Position numbers and translations under genes: made by a program | The notes under the pieces: model-generated | The model's input: the letters and a program-made list of their open reading frames with translations, nothing else | Database searches by the model: none | Told to the model about the DNA's origin: nothing | Origin: a virus | Strand: one strand, 5' to 3' | DNA length: 64,000 nucleotides | IMG/VR virus record: IMGVR_UViG_3300017589_000061 | Location: 73,367 to 137,366 of that record | Shown: positions 25,701 to 35,299 of the stretch, one piece after another | How the letters are laid out: each line of letters opens with the position of its first letter | How positions within the stretch are numbered: position 1 is the first letter of the stretch

Positions 25701-26108
25701 TTTGATTCAGTTTCATTAATTAAAGATTTGATTGCGAATATAAAAGATGAAGATTTTACTGTAATTGAATTAATTAAAATGCAAAAAGAAATTTTAGGAT
25801 ATATAGATTATAAAGATGATATTTTAGACAAAAATATTTGCTTGGTAGATACATTAAATATACAATACAACACCAAAAAAGCAAATTTATATTGTTTAAA
25901 TAATGGAAAAGTTTTAGAATTTAAAATAAGTAAAAAACTATTTGACTTAAAACCTTTAAAAGAAGGCGATATAATTCATATTAATCCAGTTAAATTACCA
26001 AAACCAATAATAATAGGGGAAAAACCTAACGGCAAGCCACTTTGGGGAAAAGATTTTTCAACAATGGAGTGGAATTTAAACAATTATAATATTATAAAAG
26101 AATTATAA
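22758..26108 (+). CDS. dnaE: DNA polymerase III alpha subunit
   Basis: PHP domain (HIH, NHG, GVE, DTH), RGSVGGS, DIDQD, KFDILGL, FQE. Confidence 0.95.
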   Translation: MDNYVVYHIHDDTSNCNGYADSCTKYDEYVKLAKKNNMKALAFSNHGGIYDWVKKKQSCDKAKIKYIHGVELYIVNDLKDNSRGGHIGLYSKNWEGVKELNTLMSLSTSKGVNEDNSDRHMYYNPRITFEELFNTSDNIIITSACLASPLWKLYSNFKDEKDKQQEREENLNKLKNILEWLGKNNNRCFLEIQYHNVEHQKEYNKLLYKWSKQYNIPLIAGTDTHSSTKYKAECRKVLQKSKDSFYGEEDEFDLIWKNYNELVECFKIQNALPEEVYLEAIENTNKLSDMVEEFTLDKSFKYPTLYGKDSDKKWKDLIDRKLQYKIDNNIINKEKIDLYKRDIDIEYETMVKQGMSSFMMFMSELMDWCRENNIHSSPCRGSVGGSTIAYLTDITDVDPIIWNTVFARFCNADRISLGDIDQDFAPKDRAKVYQYIIDRFGKNNVSYILSLSTIQDRGSIDVLAKGLDYDDLDLVKEIKNSFDKIFKDYSKIIQEEVNTEELEGATSTSPNFDDYELYLKVIRNQEQLKNLTNLKRQWDKLRADNKDLFYYFDGIKGTIISKGNHPAGMIGSPITLFDNLGVFYRKGDENFPVSFCSMKAVDSLNYVKFDILGLKTIGILQDTFRLAEVGWKYSHEINWDDEKVWKDIIKCNSGLFQFEGDYAFDLIKQFSPHTINGMSLVNASLRPSGKSYRDRLIKGEFNNNPSEEIDELLKDNNGWLVFQEDTIKFLTDICGFSGSLADTTRRAIGKKDIKLLNEQLPKILEGYCNKSPKPREVAEKEAKEFIQIISDSSEYQFGYNHSTGYSMNGYLCSLARTYYPIEFVTSYLNWAENEDDMNNGMKLIKEYGFKIKSPEFRYSKGEFFFNRETQTIYKGIGSIKFLNSQVGDELFSLKDNKYGSFLDLLIDIKTKVSCDSRQLDLLVKIDFFKEFGCIKTLLHIIDLYDKFYGKQSLSKEKLDELNLSLDQVKKYGRETPKKIMDFDSVSLIKDLIANIKDEDFTVIELIKMQKEILGYIDYKDDILDKNICLVDTLNIQYNTKKANLYCLNNGKVLEFKISKKLFDLKPLKEGDIIHINPVKLPKPIIIGEKPNGKPLWGKDFSTMEWNLNNYNIIKEL

Positions 26109-26126
26109 AATTAAATTAAAAAGTAG

Positions 26127-26155
26127 TTGACAAATTCCCAAATATGGAATATACT
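26127..26155 (+). promoter_or_regulatory. SigA-type promoter
   Basis: TTGACA-17-TATACT. Confidence 0.8.
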
Positions 26156-26218
26156 ATTACTAACGACAGAGATACATACATAAATATCATATAAATTAAA
26201 TTAAAAAGGAGAACAAAT

Positions 26219-26566
26219 ATGTTAATAATGAAAAAAGGTATGCCAGCCAATAGTGGCAAAACAACAGAGGCTTTAAAGAAAGTAGTTGAATTACTTTCTA
26301 ATAATCAATCAGTTCTTTATATTAATAATGAATTATCTTTTGGCAGTGTTCGTAAGAGATTGGAAGAATTAACGGATGATTGTAAGTTATTTAATGAATT
26401 TTATTTTTGTAGTAGCGAAGGTCTAGAAGAATTAATATCAGATATACAATCTGACGATGTGTTAAAAGATACATCAATAATTATTGATATAGGGAAAGAT
26501 GTTTCAGATTTAAAATGTGAACAAGATTTATACGTATATTATCAAACGCCAAGAGAATTAAGATAA
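26219..26566 (+). CDS. Small P-loop-like protein
   Basis: GMPANSGKT followed by VLYINNE. Confidence 0.45.
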   Translation: MLIMKKGMPANSGKTTEALKKVVELLSNNQSVLYINNELSFGSVRKRLEELTDDCKLFNEFYFCSSEGLEELISDIQSDDVLKDTSIIIDIGKDVSDLKCEQDLYVYYQTPRELR

Positions 26567-26594
26567 AACGAGTTTTTTAACTCGAAAAAAGGGG

Positions 26595-27815
26595 GTGATA
26601 AAAATTTTAGTCAATAGAATAGAAAAACATATAATTAAAAAGTCACATAAAATGTGGAAGATTTGTGATGAATTGTGTTTTAAGTCAAAGAATTTATATA
26701 ATTACGCAAATTATATACAGAGGCAAAAATTTATTAAGGACAAAAAAATAATTAAATATGTAGAATTATCAAAATTATTAAATACACATGAAACATTTAT
26801 AGCATTAGGATCAAATTCGTCACAAATGACATTAAAATTATTAGATAAAGCTTGGAAATCATTCTTTATATCAATAAAAGATTATCGAAAAAATCCAAGT
26901 AAATATTTAGGAGAACCCAAAATTCCTAAATACAAAGATAAAAACGGCAGATATATTTGCGTATTAACAAATTTACAATCGCAAATAAAAGATGACTATT
27001 TATATTTTGCTTTTAAACCTTTGAAACCATACAACAATATGTTCATAACTAAAATTAAAGGTAAGCATATGCAAACAAGAATTATTCCAAAGGGTTCATG
27101 TTATGTATTAGAAATTGTGTATGAAATAGAAGTATCAGATATTATAACAGAATCCAAAAATATAGCAGGTATTGATTTAGGACTTAATAATTTTGCTACA
27201 TTAACAAATAACGTAGGTGCATTGCCCATCGTTATAAATGGTAAAGGAATAAAATCTTATAATCAGTATTGGAATAAACAAGTCTCAAATTTAACTTCAG
27301 ATTTAAAGAAACGTCATAATCAAAATTGGAGCAATAAACTTGAAATATTAACACAAAAACGCAACAATAAAATGGAATATTTTTTACACTGTGCAAGTAA
27401 ATATGTAGTTGATTATTGTATGGGTATAGGATGTGATACCATTATTATAGGTTATAATAAAGAATGGAAACAAAACTGCAACATGGGCAAAACTACTCAA
27501 AATTTTATACAAATACCTTATTATAATTTTATTAACAAACTAAAATACAAATGTGAAGATAAAGGAATTAAATTTATTCAAACAGAAGAAAGCTACACAT
27601 CGGGTACGAGTTTTCTTGATTACGAATTACCAATAAAAGATAATTACGATAAATCAAGAAGAATTCATAGAGGATTATTTAAAAGTAATGAGGGATTATT
27701 GATTAATGCAGATGTTAATGGCAGTTATCAAATAATAAAGAAAGTATTCTCAAATGCTTTTGCTAATGAGATAAAGGGTGTACATTTACATCCAATTAGA
27801 GTTAATGTTGGTTAA
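26595..27815 (+). CDS. tnpB: TnpB RNA-guided endonuclease (IS200/IS605-type), no TnpA in window
   Basis: KNLYN N-terminus, GIDLG (RuvC I), EESYTS, RIHRGLF, INADVNG (RuvC III); real start may be ATT at 26604. Confidence 0.92.
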   Translation: MIKILVNRIEKHIIKKSHKMWKICDELCFKSKNLYNYANYIQRQKFIKDKKIIKYVELSKLLNTHETFIALGSNSSQMTLKLLDKAWKSFFISIKDYRKNPSKYLGEPKIPKYKDKNGRYICVLTNLQSQIKDDYLYFAFKPLKPYNNMFITKIKGKHMQTRIIPKGSCYVLEIVYEIEVSDIITESKNIAGIDLGLNNFATLTNNVGALPIVINGKGIKSYNQYWNKQVSNLTSDLKKRHNQNWSNKLEILTQKRNNKMEYFLHCASKYVVDYCMGIGCDTIIIGYNKEWKQNCNMGKTTQNFIQIPYYNFINKLKYKCEDKGIKFIQTEESYTSGTSFLDYELPIKDNYDKSRRIHRGLFKSNEGLLINADVNGSYQIIKKVFSNAFANEIKGVHLHPIRVNVG

Positions 27816-27859
27816 ACAATATTATGTACTAATAAATTTGGTTTATTTATGTAAACCAG

Positions 27860-27913
27860 ATAAATGTAAGAATTTATCCGAATGTTCAAAGAAATATTCG
27901 TTGAAATTTAAGC
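27860..27913. repeat. Composite site: A + 22 bp + degenerate B
   Basis: GATAAAT-GTAAGA-ATTTATC; GTTGAAATTTAAGC (27900-27913). Confidence 0.75.
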
Positions 27914-28617
27914 ATTTGTTTATAAATTAAAACAAAAAAAATAAAAGGAGAAATAATACAAATGGAATTTAAATGTGAAACACATGACTATAAAGAAAGA
28001 TATTTTGACAATATAGATGAAGCAGTGGAATGCTTATTTAAGAAAAATAATTTTTTATATTTATATTTAATACATGAGATGGAAGAAGTAGAGATAGATT
28101 TTCCTAATTTATTACGGTTAAATAATGGTAAAATTCTTAATGTAACTTATGGTGATAATATTTTTAAGCTTTATTTAAACAAAAGTAATAGAAATATTAA
28201 TAATTTTATAAATAAACAATCTAATTCAAACAACCTTAATATTGCTTCTTTTATAGCAACAAATGATTGTGATAAAGATGATTATAGGAGTAAAGATTTA
28301 ATTAAAATTTTAAATTATGCAAGAAAAATATTCGAATAAATGGAAAATTTTATTCGAAAGGTAGGGGTTAGAATGAATAAAAGAATATTTGTGGCAACGA
28401 TTAAGGATAATAAATATATAACAAACGTTACTAAAAACATTTTCAACAAACAAAATTTAACACGTGAAGATATGCTTTACTTATTTGATTATTTGGCTTA
28501 TAACATTATATTCGATGTTACTGATGGAAAAGAGTTAGAATGTCGAGATAAAATTAAAGAAATAATTGATTTGAGATATAGAGATGTGGTAAATAAAAGA
28601 TTAAAAATTTAATAATC

Positions 28618-28646
28618 TTTACATCATTAAATAAATGTTATATAAT
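28618..28646 (+). promoter_or_regulatory. SigA-type promoter for the XRE gene
   Basis: TTTACA-17-TATAAT. Confidence 0.65.
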
Positions 28647-28675
28647 GTTACTAAAATTAATTAAGGAGTAACAGT

Positions 28676-29026
28676 ATGACATTTGGTGAAAAATTAAAAG
28701 AATTACGCATAGAAAAAGGATTGACTCAAAAAGAATTCGGTAAAATATTCAACATGCAAAGATCAAGATTATCGCAATATGAAACAAATAAACGACAAGT
28801 TGATGATAAAACTAAAACATTATTTGCAGATTACTTTAATATTTCGCTTGATTATTTACTTGGAAGAAGTAATATTAGAAATCCTGAATTATTAAACATT
28901 GATAGTGATATTCAAAAATTATTGAGTAATACTAAAAGTATTGAAATGTTAAAAGATTTTAATACTTTGCCTGACATAAAAAAACAAGAGGTATTAAAGT
29001 TTGTAAAATTTCAAAAAAATAATTAG
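28676..29026 (+). CDS. XRE-family HTH transcriptional regulator
   Basis: FGEKLKELR...LTQKE...SQYE...ADYFNISLDYLLGRS. Confidence 0.92.
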   Translation: MTFGEKLKELRIEKGLTQKEFGKIFNMQRSRLSQYETNKRQVDDKTKTLFADYFNISLDYLLGRSNIRNPELLNIDSDIQKLLSNTKSIEMLKDFNTLPDIKKQEVLKFVKFQKNN

Positions 29027-30167
29027 ATATTAGTAGGTATAAAGATGATTAAATTAATAAATTGGATTATTAAAAAAACTATATTAACTTGGGATGTAGA
29101 CTATACCAAACTAACAAAATCTGAATTAAAATCATTTAAAGAAGCTAAAAAAGATAATTATAGAATAACTAATGAACAATTAAAAAAAGAGCTTGGTATA
29201 TTAAATAATACAAAGGAGAAATAAATTGTGTGAATATTGTAACGATGAGGATTTCGAAAATCGCATACCGTTACCACCTATGAAACATATAGATAATCAA
29301 CTAGATAGTAATATGAAAGTTTTATATTAGAAAGGAGATGATTAAGTGGAAAAATTAGTAAGCGAAGAAGGTCAATTATATGCTTGTGGTAATAGTTTAT
29401 GTATAGAAGAAGGTATAGAATGCACAGATTGTCATTATGCAGACGAAGCATTTTCAAAACTTGCAAAATACCAAAATACAAAATTACAACCTGAACAAGT
29501 AGAAAAATTAAAAGAGAAAAACAAAACTCTAGCAAAAGAAAATCGCAAGCTGAAGAAAGAAATGTTAAAAATGATGACATATGCTTGGTATAAACAGGAG
29601 GACGAAGATGAGTAAGAATAAGTGTTTAAATTGTACAGAACGTTACATAGGTTGTCATGATACTTGCGAAAGTTATTTAAAGTTTAAAGCTGAAAGAGAA
29701 TTAATTAGTAAGAACCGATACATATTAAATTATATTAAAAAATAAGTTAGAAAGAATATTTTATTGCCTGAAGGGAGTTAGTAATGTGTAAGAATGATTT
29801 GCTTAAATGGATTTATGAATTACCCGATGATATTCAAATATACAGAACAAAAATTGACGATTATAATTGTGTAGATATTAAAATATTTACGAAGCCAAAA
29901 GATCAAGAATTTTTAGAATGGTATTTTGGGATGTAGGAGGATAAAATGGATATTCAAATTATTGGTATAGATTTGGCAGATGAAAATTCTGAAGATTGGT
30001 CGGCTATTAGCAGTGTGTGTGGAAATTGTAAAACCGTTATCGAATCAAAAACTTTTGATAAAGATAATATACCACAATCTGCAATATTTAAAAGATGTCC
30101 TATTTGCGGGGTAAGATTTAAGAAACATATTATAAATGAATATACTTATTAGAAGGGAGTAATTAAA

Positions 30168-30818
30168 ATAGACGTAAAAGTTTGTAAAAAATGCAATAGA
30201 GAATTACCAATAGAAATGTTTCACAAAAGTAAAAAATCCAAAGATGGTCATGTTAGGATATGCAAAGACTGCGTTAAAGAGTATTATGAAGAAAATAAAG
30301 ATAAAATAATTGAACAATCAAGACAATATATTCAAAATCACAAAGACAAGGATGTTGAATATCATAAACAATACTATATTGACAATAAAGAAATAATGTT
30401 AAAACATTCATCTAAATATAAGAAGAAAAATTGGAATAGAATTCAAAAGAAATATAAAGAATGGTGTCAAAATAATAGAGAAAAAATAAATACATATCAA
30501 CGAGAAAGAAGATTAAAAGAAGAACAATTACCACATACTCTTACAAATGATGAATGGGAAGAAATTAAATTAAAATTTAATAATACATGTTGCTATTGTG
30601 GCAATGAATTACCATTACAAAAAGACCATTTCATACCCGTAACACAAGATGGTGAGTGTACTATCAATAATATTCTTCCTGCTTGTAAAAGTTGCAATGC
30701 GAGTAAAGGTGTAAAAGATTTCTTTGAATGGTATCCAGAACAAGAATATTTTAACGGAGAACGAGCAGAAAAAATATTAAATCATATTGAATATGAAATT
30801 GAAGAACAAAATACATAA
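30168..30818 (+). CDS. HNH endonuclease
   Basis: CCYCG..DHFIP...NILPACKSCNASK. N-terminal CxxC is in frame if the gene starts at ATA 30168 (first ATG is 30216). Confidence 0.85.
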   Translation: MDVKVCKKCNRELPIEMFHKSKKSKDGHVRICKDCVKEYYEENKDKIIEQSRQYIQNHKDKDVEYHKQYYIDNKEIMLKHSSKYKKKNWNRIQKKYKEWCQNNREKINTYQRERRLKEEQLPHTLTNDEWEEIKLKFNNTCCYCGNELPLQKDHFIPVTQDGECTINNILPACKSCNASKGVKDFFEWYPEQEYFNGERAEKILNHIEYEIEEQNT

Positions 30819-30851
30819 GATAATAAAAAGTATGTTAAAAGAGGTGAATAA

Positions 30852-31307
30852 TTGAAAATTGTATTTTTAGATTTTGACGGTGTTATTAATTCATTAATAT
30901 GGTATAAAAATCACTATAATGAGTGGGAAATAAAATATTTAGCAAACGAGCAAGCAATTCAATGGGTGTCGGAATTTTGTGAAAAATATGGTTACAAAAT
31001 AGTCATTTCAAGCACATGGAGATATGACGGGCTAGAAGATTGTATTAAATATTTAAAAGGTTACGGATTGAGAGATGACATTGACATAATAGATGTTACT
31101 CCTATATTGCATGGTAAACAACGTGGTGATGAAATAACAGTATGGTTAAATAATCATCCAGAAGTTGAAAGATATTTAATATTTGACGATGATTCTGATA
31201 TGACTGTACATATGGATAAATTAATTAAAAGTCATTGCCATGTTGGGTTTACTTACAAGGAATATAAGATGGCTGAAGATATTGAAATTGCTAGTGTAAT
31301 AGGGTAA
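30852..31307 (+). CDS. HAD-domain protein (Swiss-Army-knife RNA-repair HAD type)
   Basis: FLDFDGV, VISSTWR, RGDEI..WL, IFDDD. Confidence 0.8.
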   Translation: MKIVFLDFDGVINSLIWYKNHYNEWEIKYLANEQAIQWVSEFCEKYGYKIVISSTWRYDGLEDCIKYLKGYGLRDDIDIIDVTPILHGKQRGDEITVWLNNHPEVERYLIFDDDSDMTVHMDKLIKSHCHVGFTYKEYKMAEDIEIASVIG

Positions 31308-31360
31308 TAAAAAATACATTTTATCGCATAAACGGTAAAAAATAATGTTGAAATTTCAAC
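31307..31360. repeat. Composite site: A + 22 bp + B
   Basis: ATAAAA-AATACA-TTTTAT; GTTGAAATTTCAAC (31347-31360). Confidence 0.9.
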
Positions 31361-32027
31361 AATATTAAGGAGGGTAAAATAATGAGAGGTTTAAAATTAA
31401 GTATATTTCATGAAAAAGCTCATCGATTTGAATATTATCAAATTGGAGTTGATAATGATAATAGAGAGTTATTATTAATAACTGAAGGTTTTTATATTAT
31501 ACATACAGGAGTTTATAGTAATGAATTTTTAGATGTAGAAAGTAGAATTGCTGAGGTTATTTTAAAACTAAATAATAATTCAGATTGTAAAGAAGTTACA
31601 ATATTTGACACACCGAATGCATGGCACGGAAGGAAATTTGGGATCAGATAATAAAAGAATGGTTTTAAGATACATAAAAATTATATTAAAATAAAAAGGA
31701 GATTAAAATAATGGGATCAAGATATTTAACAACAAATTTTACAATTGACAATACTATTAATTGGGAAAAATATTTCACGGGAGGATTGGTAAGTAAAAAT
31801 TGTAATTGCCCACAAGCAGAAAAGATAATTTACAATTTAAAAAATCCAAATAAGCCATGTACAATCGTATATTGGTCGGATTCTACTAAAACAATAGTTA
31901 AATGCTGTGATGGTGAGAGTTTTACTAAAGACGGCGGGCTTGCTCAGTGCTATTTAAAGAAAATATTAGGTAGTAGAGGTAGTATTCAAAAACTTATAGA
32001 AAGTGCCGATATTCAAGAGTAAAAAAC

Positions 32028-32071
32028 GTTGAAATTTCAACGCCGTAAAAGTGATAAAATGTGGTTTTTAT
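32028..32071. repeat. Composite site: B + 12 bp + A (reversed order)
   Basis: GTTGAAATTTCAAC (32028-32041); GATAAAA-TGTGGT-TTTTATC. Confidence 0.9.
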
Positions 32072-32378
32072 CGTAGGAGGAACAAATACATATGTGGATT
32101 AAATCAGATGAAGGTAAATTAATTAATTTAGATAGGGTTGACACAATAGAAATCAACCCACTAAATTCAATAATATGTAAGATTGGTGATAAGGGAATAT
32201 GTTTGGGTAGTTATAAATCAGAAGCACAAGCAAAAGCAACTTTAAACGATTTACAGGAGGTGTTGAAAGGGATATGAATATTGTTAATTTTGAAGATATT
32301 AATAGAATAGCAAAGTTATATTCGCTTGGGCGTTTATATAGATTAAATTAAAAAATTATACATAGGGATGGTAACAGT

Positions 32379-33089
32379 ATGGTAAAAAAAAGACTAGGAA
32401 GTGGCTTTGAAATACCACAAACTAATGTATCAAGAGTGGGTAGAAAGATTATGTTGACTGGTGGAGTTGACGAATCAAGTATTCATGAAATTATGAAATT
32501 ATTATTTGAAATTGAAAATGAAGATAACGATGTTGGGTATCAAGGAAGTGCCGAAGTTGCCTTAAATGGAATTGCGGGTGTTTTAGAAACGGAAACTGAA
32601 GAATTAACTAAAGATGAAGAGAAAAATTTAATTAAAATAGTAAATAATTACAAAAGAACCATACATAAACCAACTTGTTACGACAGAGAACCAATAGAAC
32701 TTTATATAAGTAGTTATGGCGGTGACGGATATGAGGTGCTAGGAGTCGTTGATTTAATCAGAAATATGAAAGCTCCAGTATATACATATTTATATGGCAA
32801 AGCAATGTCAGCAGGTTTCTTAATGTTTATGGTTGGTGATAGAAGATTTATTTCAAGAAACTCAACTTTAATGATTCATCAATTATCAGGTGGAATGGCA
32901 GGAACAATACAAGATATGCGTGAACAATTAGAAGAATATGAAAGAATGCAAGAACAAGTCGAAGATTTAATAATGCTAAATACACATTTGAATGAAGACG
33001 ATTTAGAAGGTGTGAGATTTGGTAAATATGATTTATATTTAAATGCTGAAGAATCTATTGAGTTAGGGATTGCAGACGAAATAATTTAA
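32379..33089 (+). CDS. clpP: ClpP-like serine protease
   Basis: IELYISSYGG, AMSAG (Ser), MIHQ (His), AEESIELGIADEI. Confidence 0.85.
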   Translation: MVKKRLGSGFEIPQTNVSRVGRKIMLTGGVDESSIHEIMKLLFEIENEDNDVGYQGSAEVALNGIAGVLETETEELTKDEEKNLIKIVNNYKRTIHKPTCYDREPIELYISSYGGDGYEVLGVVDLIRNMKAPVYTYLYGKAMSAGFLMFMVGDRRFISRNSTLMIHQLSGGMAGTIQDMREQLEEYERMQEQVEDLIMLNTHLNEDDLEGVRFGKYDLYLNAEESIELGIADEII

Positions 33090-33123
33090 CTTAGAGAGAA
33101 GGAAGGTGATAGGGGAAATATGA

Positions 33124-34608
33124 ATGAGTAAGAAAAAAGAAAAAATTAATCAGGTATTGGTAGAATTTTGTGGCAATAATGCAGTAGACGTGACGGGTTC
33201 GATGGTGTATACGAAGTTTTGGGATAATTCGTTAGGAAGGGATATACAAATATTATTCGATGCAGGCGGCGTACAAGGTTATAGTATTGAAGAATGCTAT
33301 TCTATGAATTTAAGAGCATTGGAAAAATTTGATATTAAAAATTTAGATTTTATATTGATATCTCATCAAAATTTAGATCATATTTTTTTAATTTCAGCCC
33401 TTGTTGCTAGAAATTTTACTGGACGTATTATAATGAGTAAAGAATGTTACTATTTGTGCATTCCAATGTTAATGGATTCTGCTTTTATTAATGGCAAAGA
33501 ATCTGAATGGCTCAAAAGAACCAAACAAGCAAAAGGTAAGGTTTATCTACCACTATATGATGTTTATGACGTAGAAAAGACTAAAAGTTTTATAGATATT
33601 ACACCATTAAATGAAATAGTACAATTAACACCTAATATATCAGTTGAATTATTGCCAAATATACATATGCTCGGTGCTTGTAGCATAAGTTGCTACTACA
33701 AAGACACCAACTCAAGAGTGCATAAGCTATTTTATAGTGGAGATATCGGAAACTGTGATTCAGAAAAGAGGTTTGTGTATGATTCTCAGATACCACCTAA
33801 AAACGCCACTCTTGCAATACTGGAGTCAACTTATGGTAAACGACCAGAAATCAATGTAGATAAGAATTTTAGACAAAAAGAATTAAAGATATTAGAAGAA
33901 ACTTTAGTTAACACAATAATAAATAAAAAAGGAGACTGTTGTATTCCGACATTTAGTTTAGATCGTACAGAAAATATTTTATATAATCTAAAACGTATAA
34001 TGGATAATAATGAACAATTAAAATCGGTTAAGGTTATATTAGATGGGAAACTTTCAAACACACTACTTGACATATATGAATGGATTTGCACTAATCAAAA
34101 TAAAACCGACATAAATGAAATAATAGGGTGGAAAAACTTAATTAGAATAAGAGATTATAAGGCAACCGAAAAAATGCTAGACGATAATACCCCTAAAGTG
34201 GTTGTGTCCAGTTCTGGATTTGCAACAGGCGGCAGAGTAATAAGTTATCTGCGTAAATTGTTACCACAAAAACGAAACACTATCATCTTCTGTGGATTTG
34301 CGAGTGAAGGCAGTCCAGCTTATAAAATCAAGAATAAAGAACAAACGGGGCAAAGAACAATTAAAATGGACGGTAATACTGTATTGATGAATGCAGAAGT
34401 TTTATCATTAGAAAGTTTTTCTAGTCATATTCAACATAATTCACTAATTAAGTATGCCCTTCAAATAAATACAGACACAATAGTTTTGGTTCATGGTGAA
34501 TTATCTGGACGACAAGAATTAAAAGAAGATTTAGAAAAAGAGTTTAGCCATGAATGTCGTTCAACAAAAGTAATTATACCAAAGAAAAATCAAATATTAT
34601 ATTTTTAG
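33124..34608 (+). CDS. Metallo-beta-lactamase/beta-CASP nuclease
   Basis: VTGS, DAG, SHQNLDH, HMLG, SGDIG, ESTYG, SSG, FSSH, LVHGE. Confidence 0.85.
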   Translation: MSKKKEKINQVLVEFCGNNAVDVTGSMVYTKFWDNSLGRDIQILFDAGGVQGYSIEECYSMNLRALEKFDIKNLDFILISHQNLDHIFLISALVARNFTGRIIMSKECYYLCIPMLMDSAFINGKESEWLKRTKQAKGKVYLPLYDVYDVEKTKSFIDITPLNEIVQLTPNISVELLPNIHMLGACSISCYYKDTNSRVHKLFYSGDIGNCDSEKRFVYDSQIPPKNATLAILESTYGKRPEINVDKNFRQKELKILEETLVNTIINKKGDCCIPTFSLDRTENILYNLKRIMDNNEQLKSVKVILDGKLSNTLLDIYEWICTNQNKTDINEIIGWKNLIRIRDYKATEKMLDDNTPKVVVSSSGFATGGRVISYLRKLLPQKRNTIIFCGFASEGSPAYKIKNKEQTGQRTIKMDGNTVLMNAEVLSLESFSSHIQHNSLIKYALQINTDTIVLVHGELSGRQELKEDLEKEFSHECRSTKVIIPKKNQILYF

Positions 34609-34628
34609 TAAATTAAATTAAAAAGTAG

Positions 34629-34657
34629 TTGACAAGCTAAATCAAAAAGTATATACT
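34629..34657 (+). promoter_or_regulatory. SigA-type promoter upstream of the nrd operon
   Basis: TTGACA-17-TATACT. Confidence 0.8.
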
Positions 34658-35085
34658 ACTAAGTGTAGGATTGTAAATTAGTTCTATACTTAGTAGAGAA
34701 AGGAGAGGATTAACATTAGTGAAATAAAAGGAACATTTTATCAGAAAAGCGAGTTACAAAACATAACTGAAAACAGCACTATACATACGTTATTAAGGTT
34801 AATAGAGAATAATACAGACGAAAGCAAAGTAGAAGATACGTTATTTGAATTAAGAGAATTGAATGATAGGTATTTTAGAAATGATGTGCAAGAAACGATT
34901 AATAATCTAAGCAAAGGACTAAATATCTGTCCGATATGCGGTGGAGTTTTAACACCTACAATTGAAGTTATTTCACATCCAGAAATAGAAGGCAACTTCA
35001 AGGAAGAATCACTCTATTATGAGTGTGAAGAATGCGGGTTTGATGATCGAGATTAAAAGATTATATTAAAAAGGAGAATAATTAT

Positions 35086-35298
35086 TTGATAAGAGTAATA
35101 GGCAACCACGGATGTTCAAGATGTGAAATAGTAAAACAAATACTTACTAATACTGGTATAGAATTTGAATATGAGATACTATCAGATTTGCCAGAAGAAA
35201 CACAAAAGAAATATATGAAAGAAGCAAGATCAAAGGGGCAATTAAACATGCCGTTGATATTTAAAGACAATGAAATTATAGACATAAAGGAGATATGA
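35086..35298 (+). CDS. Glutaredoxin/NrdH-like redoxin
   Basis: CSRC motif, 70 aa, directly upstream of nrdD. Confidence 0.75.
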   Translation: MIRVIGNHGCSRCEIVKQILTNTGIEFEYEILSDLPEETQKKYMKEARSKGQLNMPLIFKDNEIIDIKEI

Positions 35299-35299
35299 T

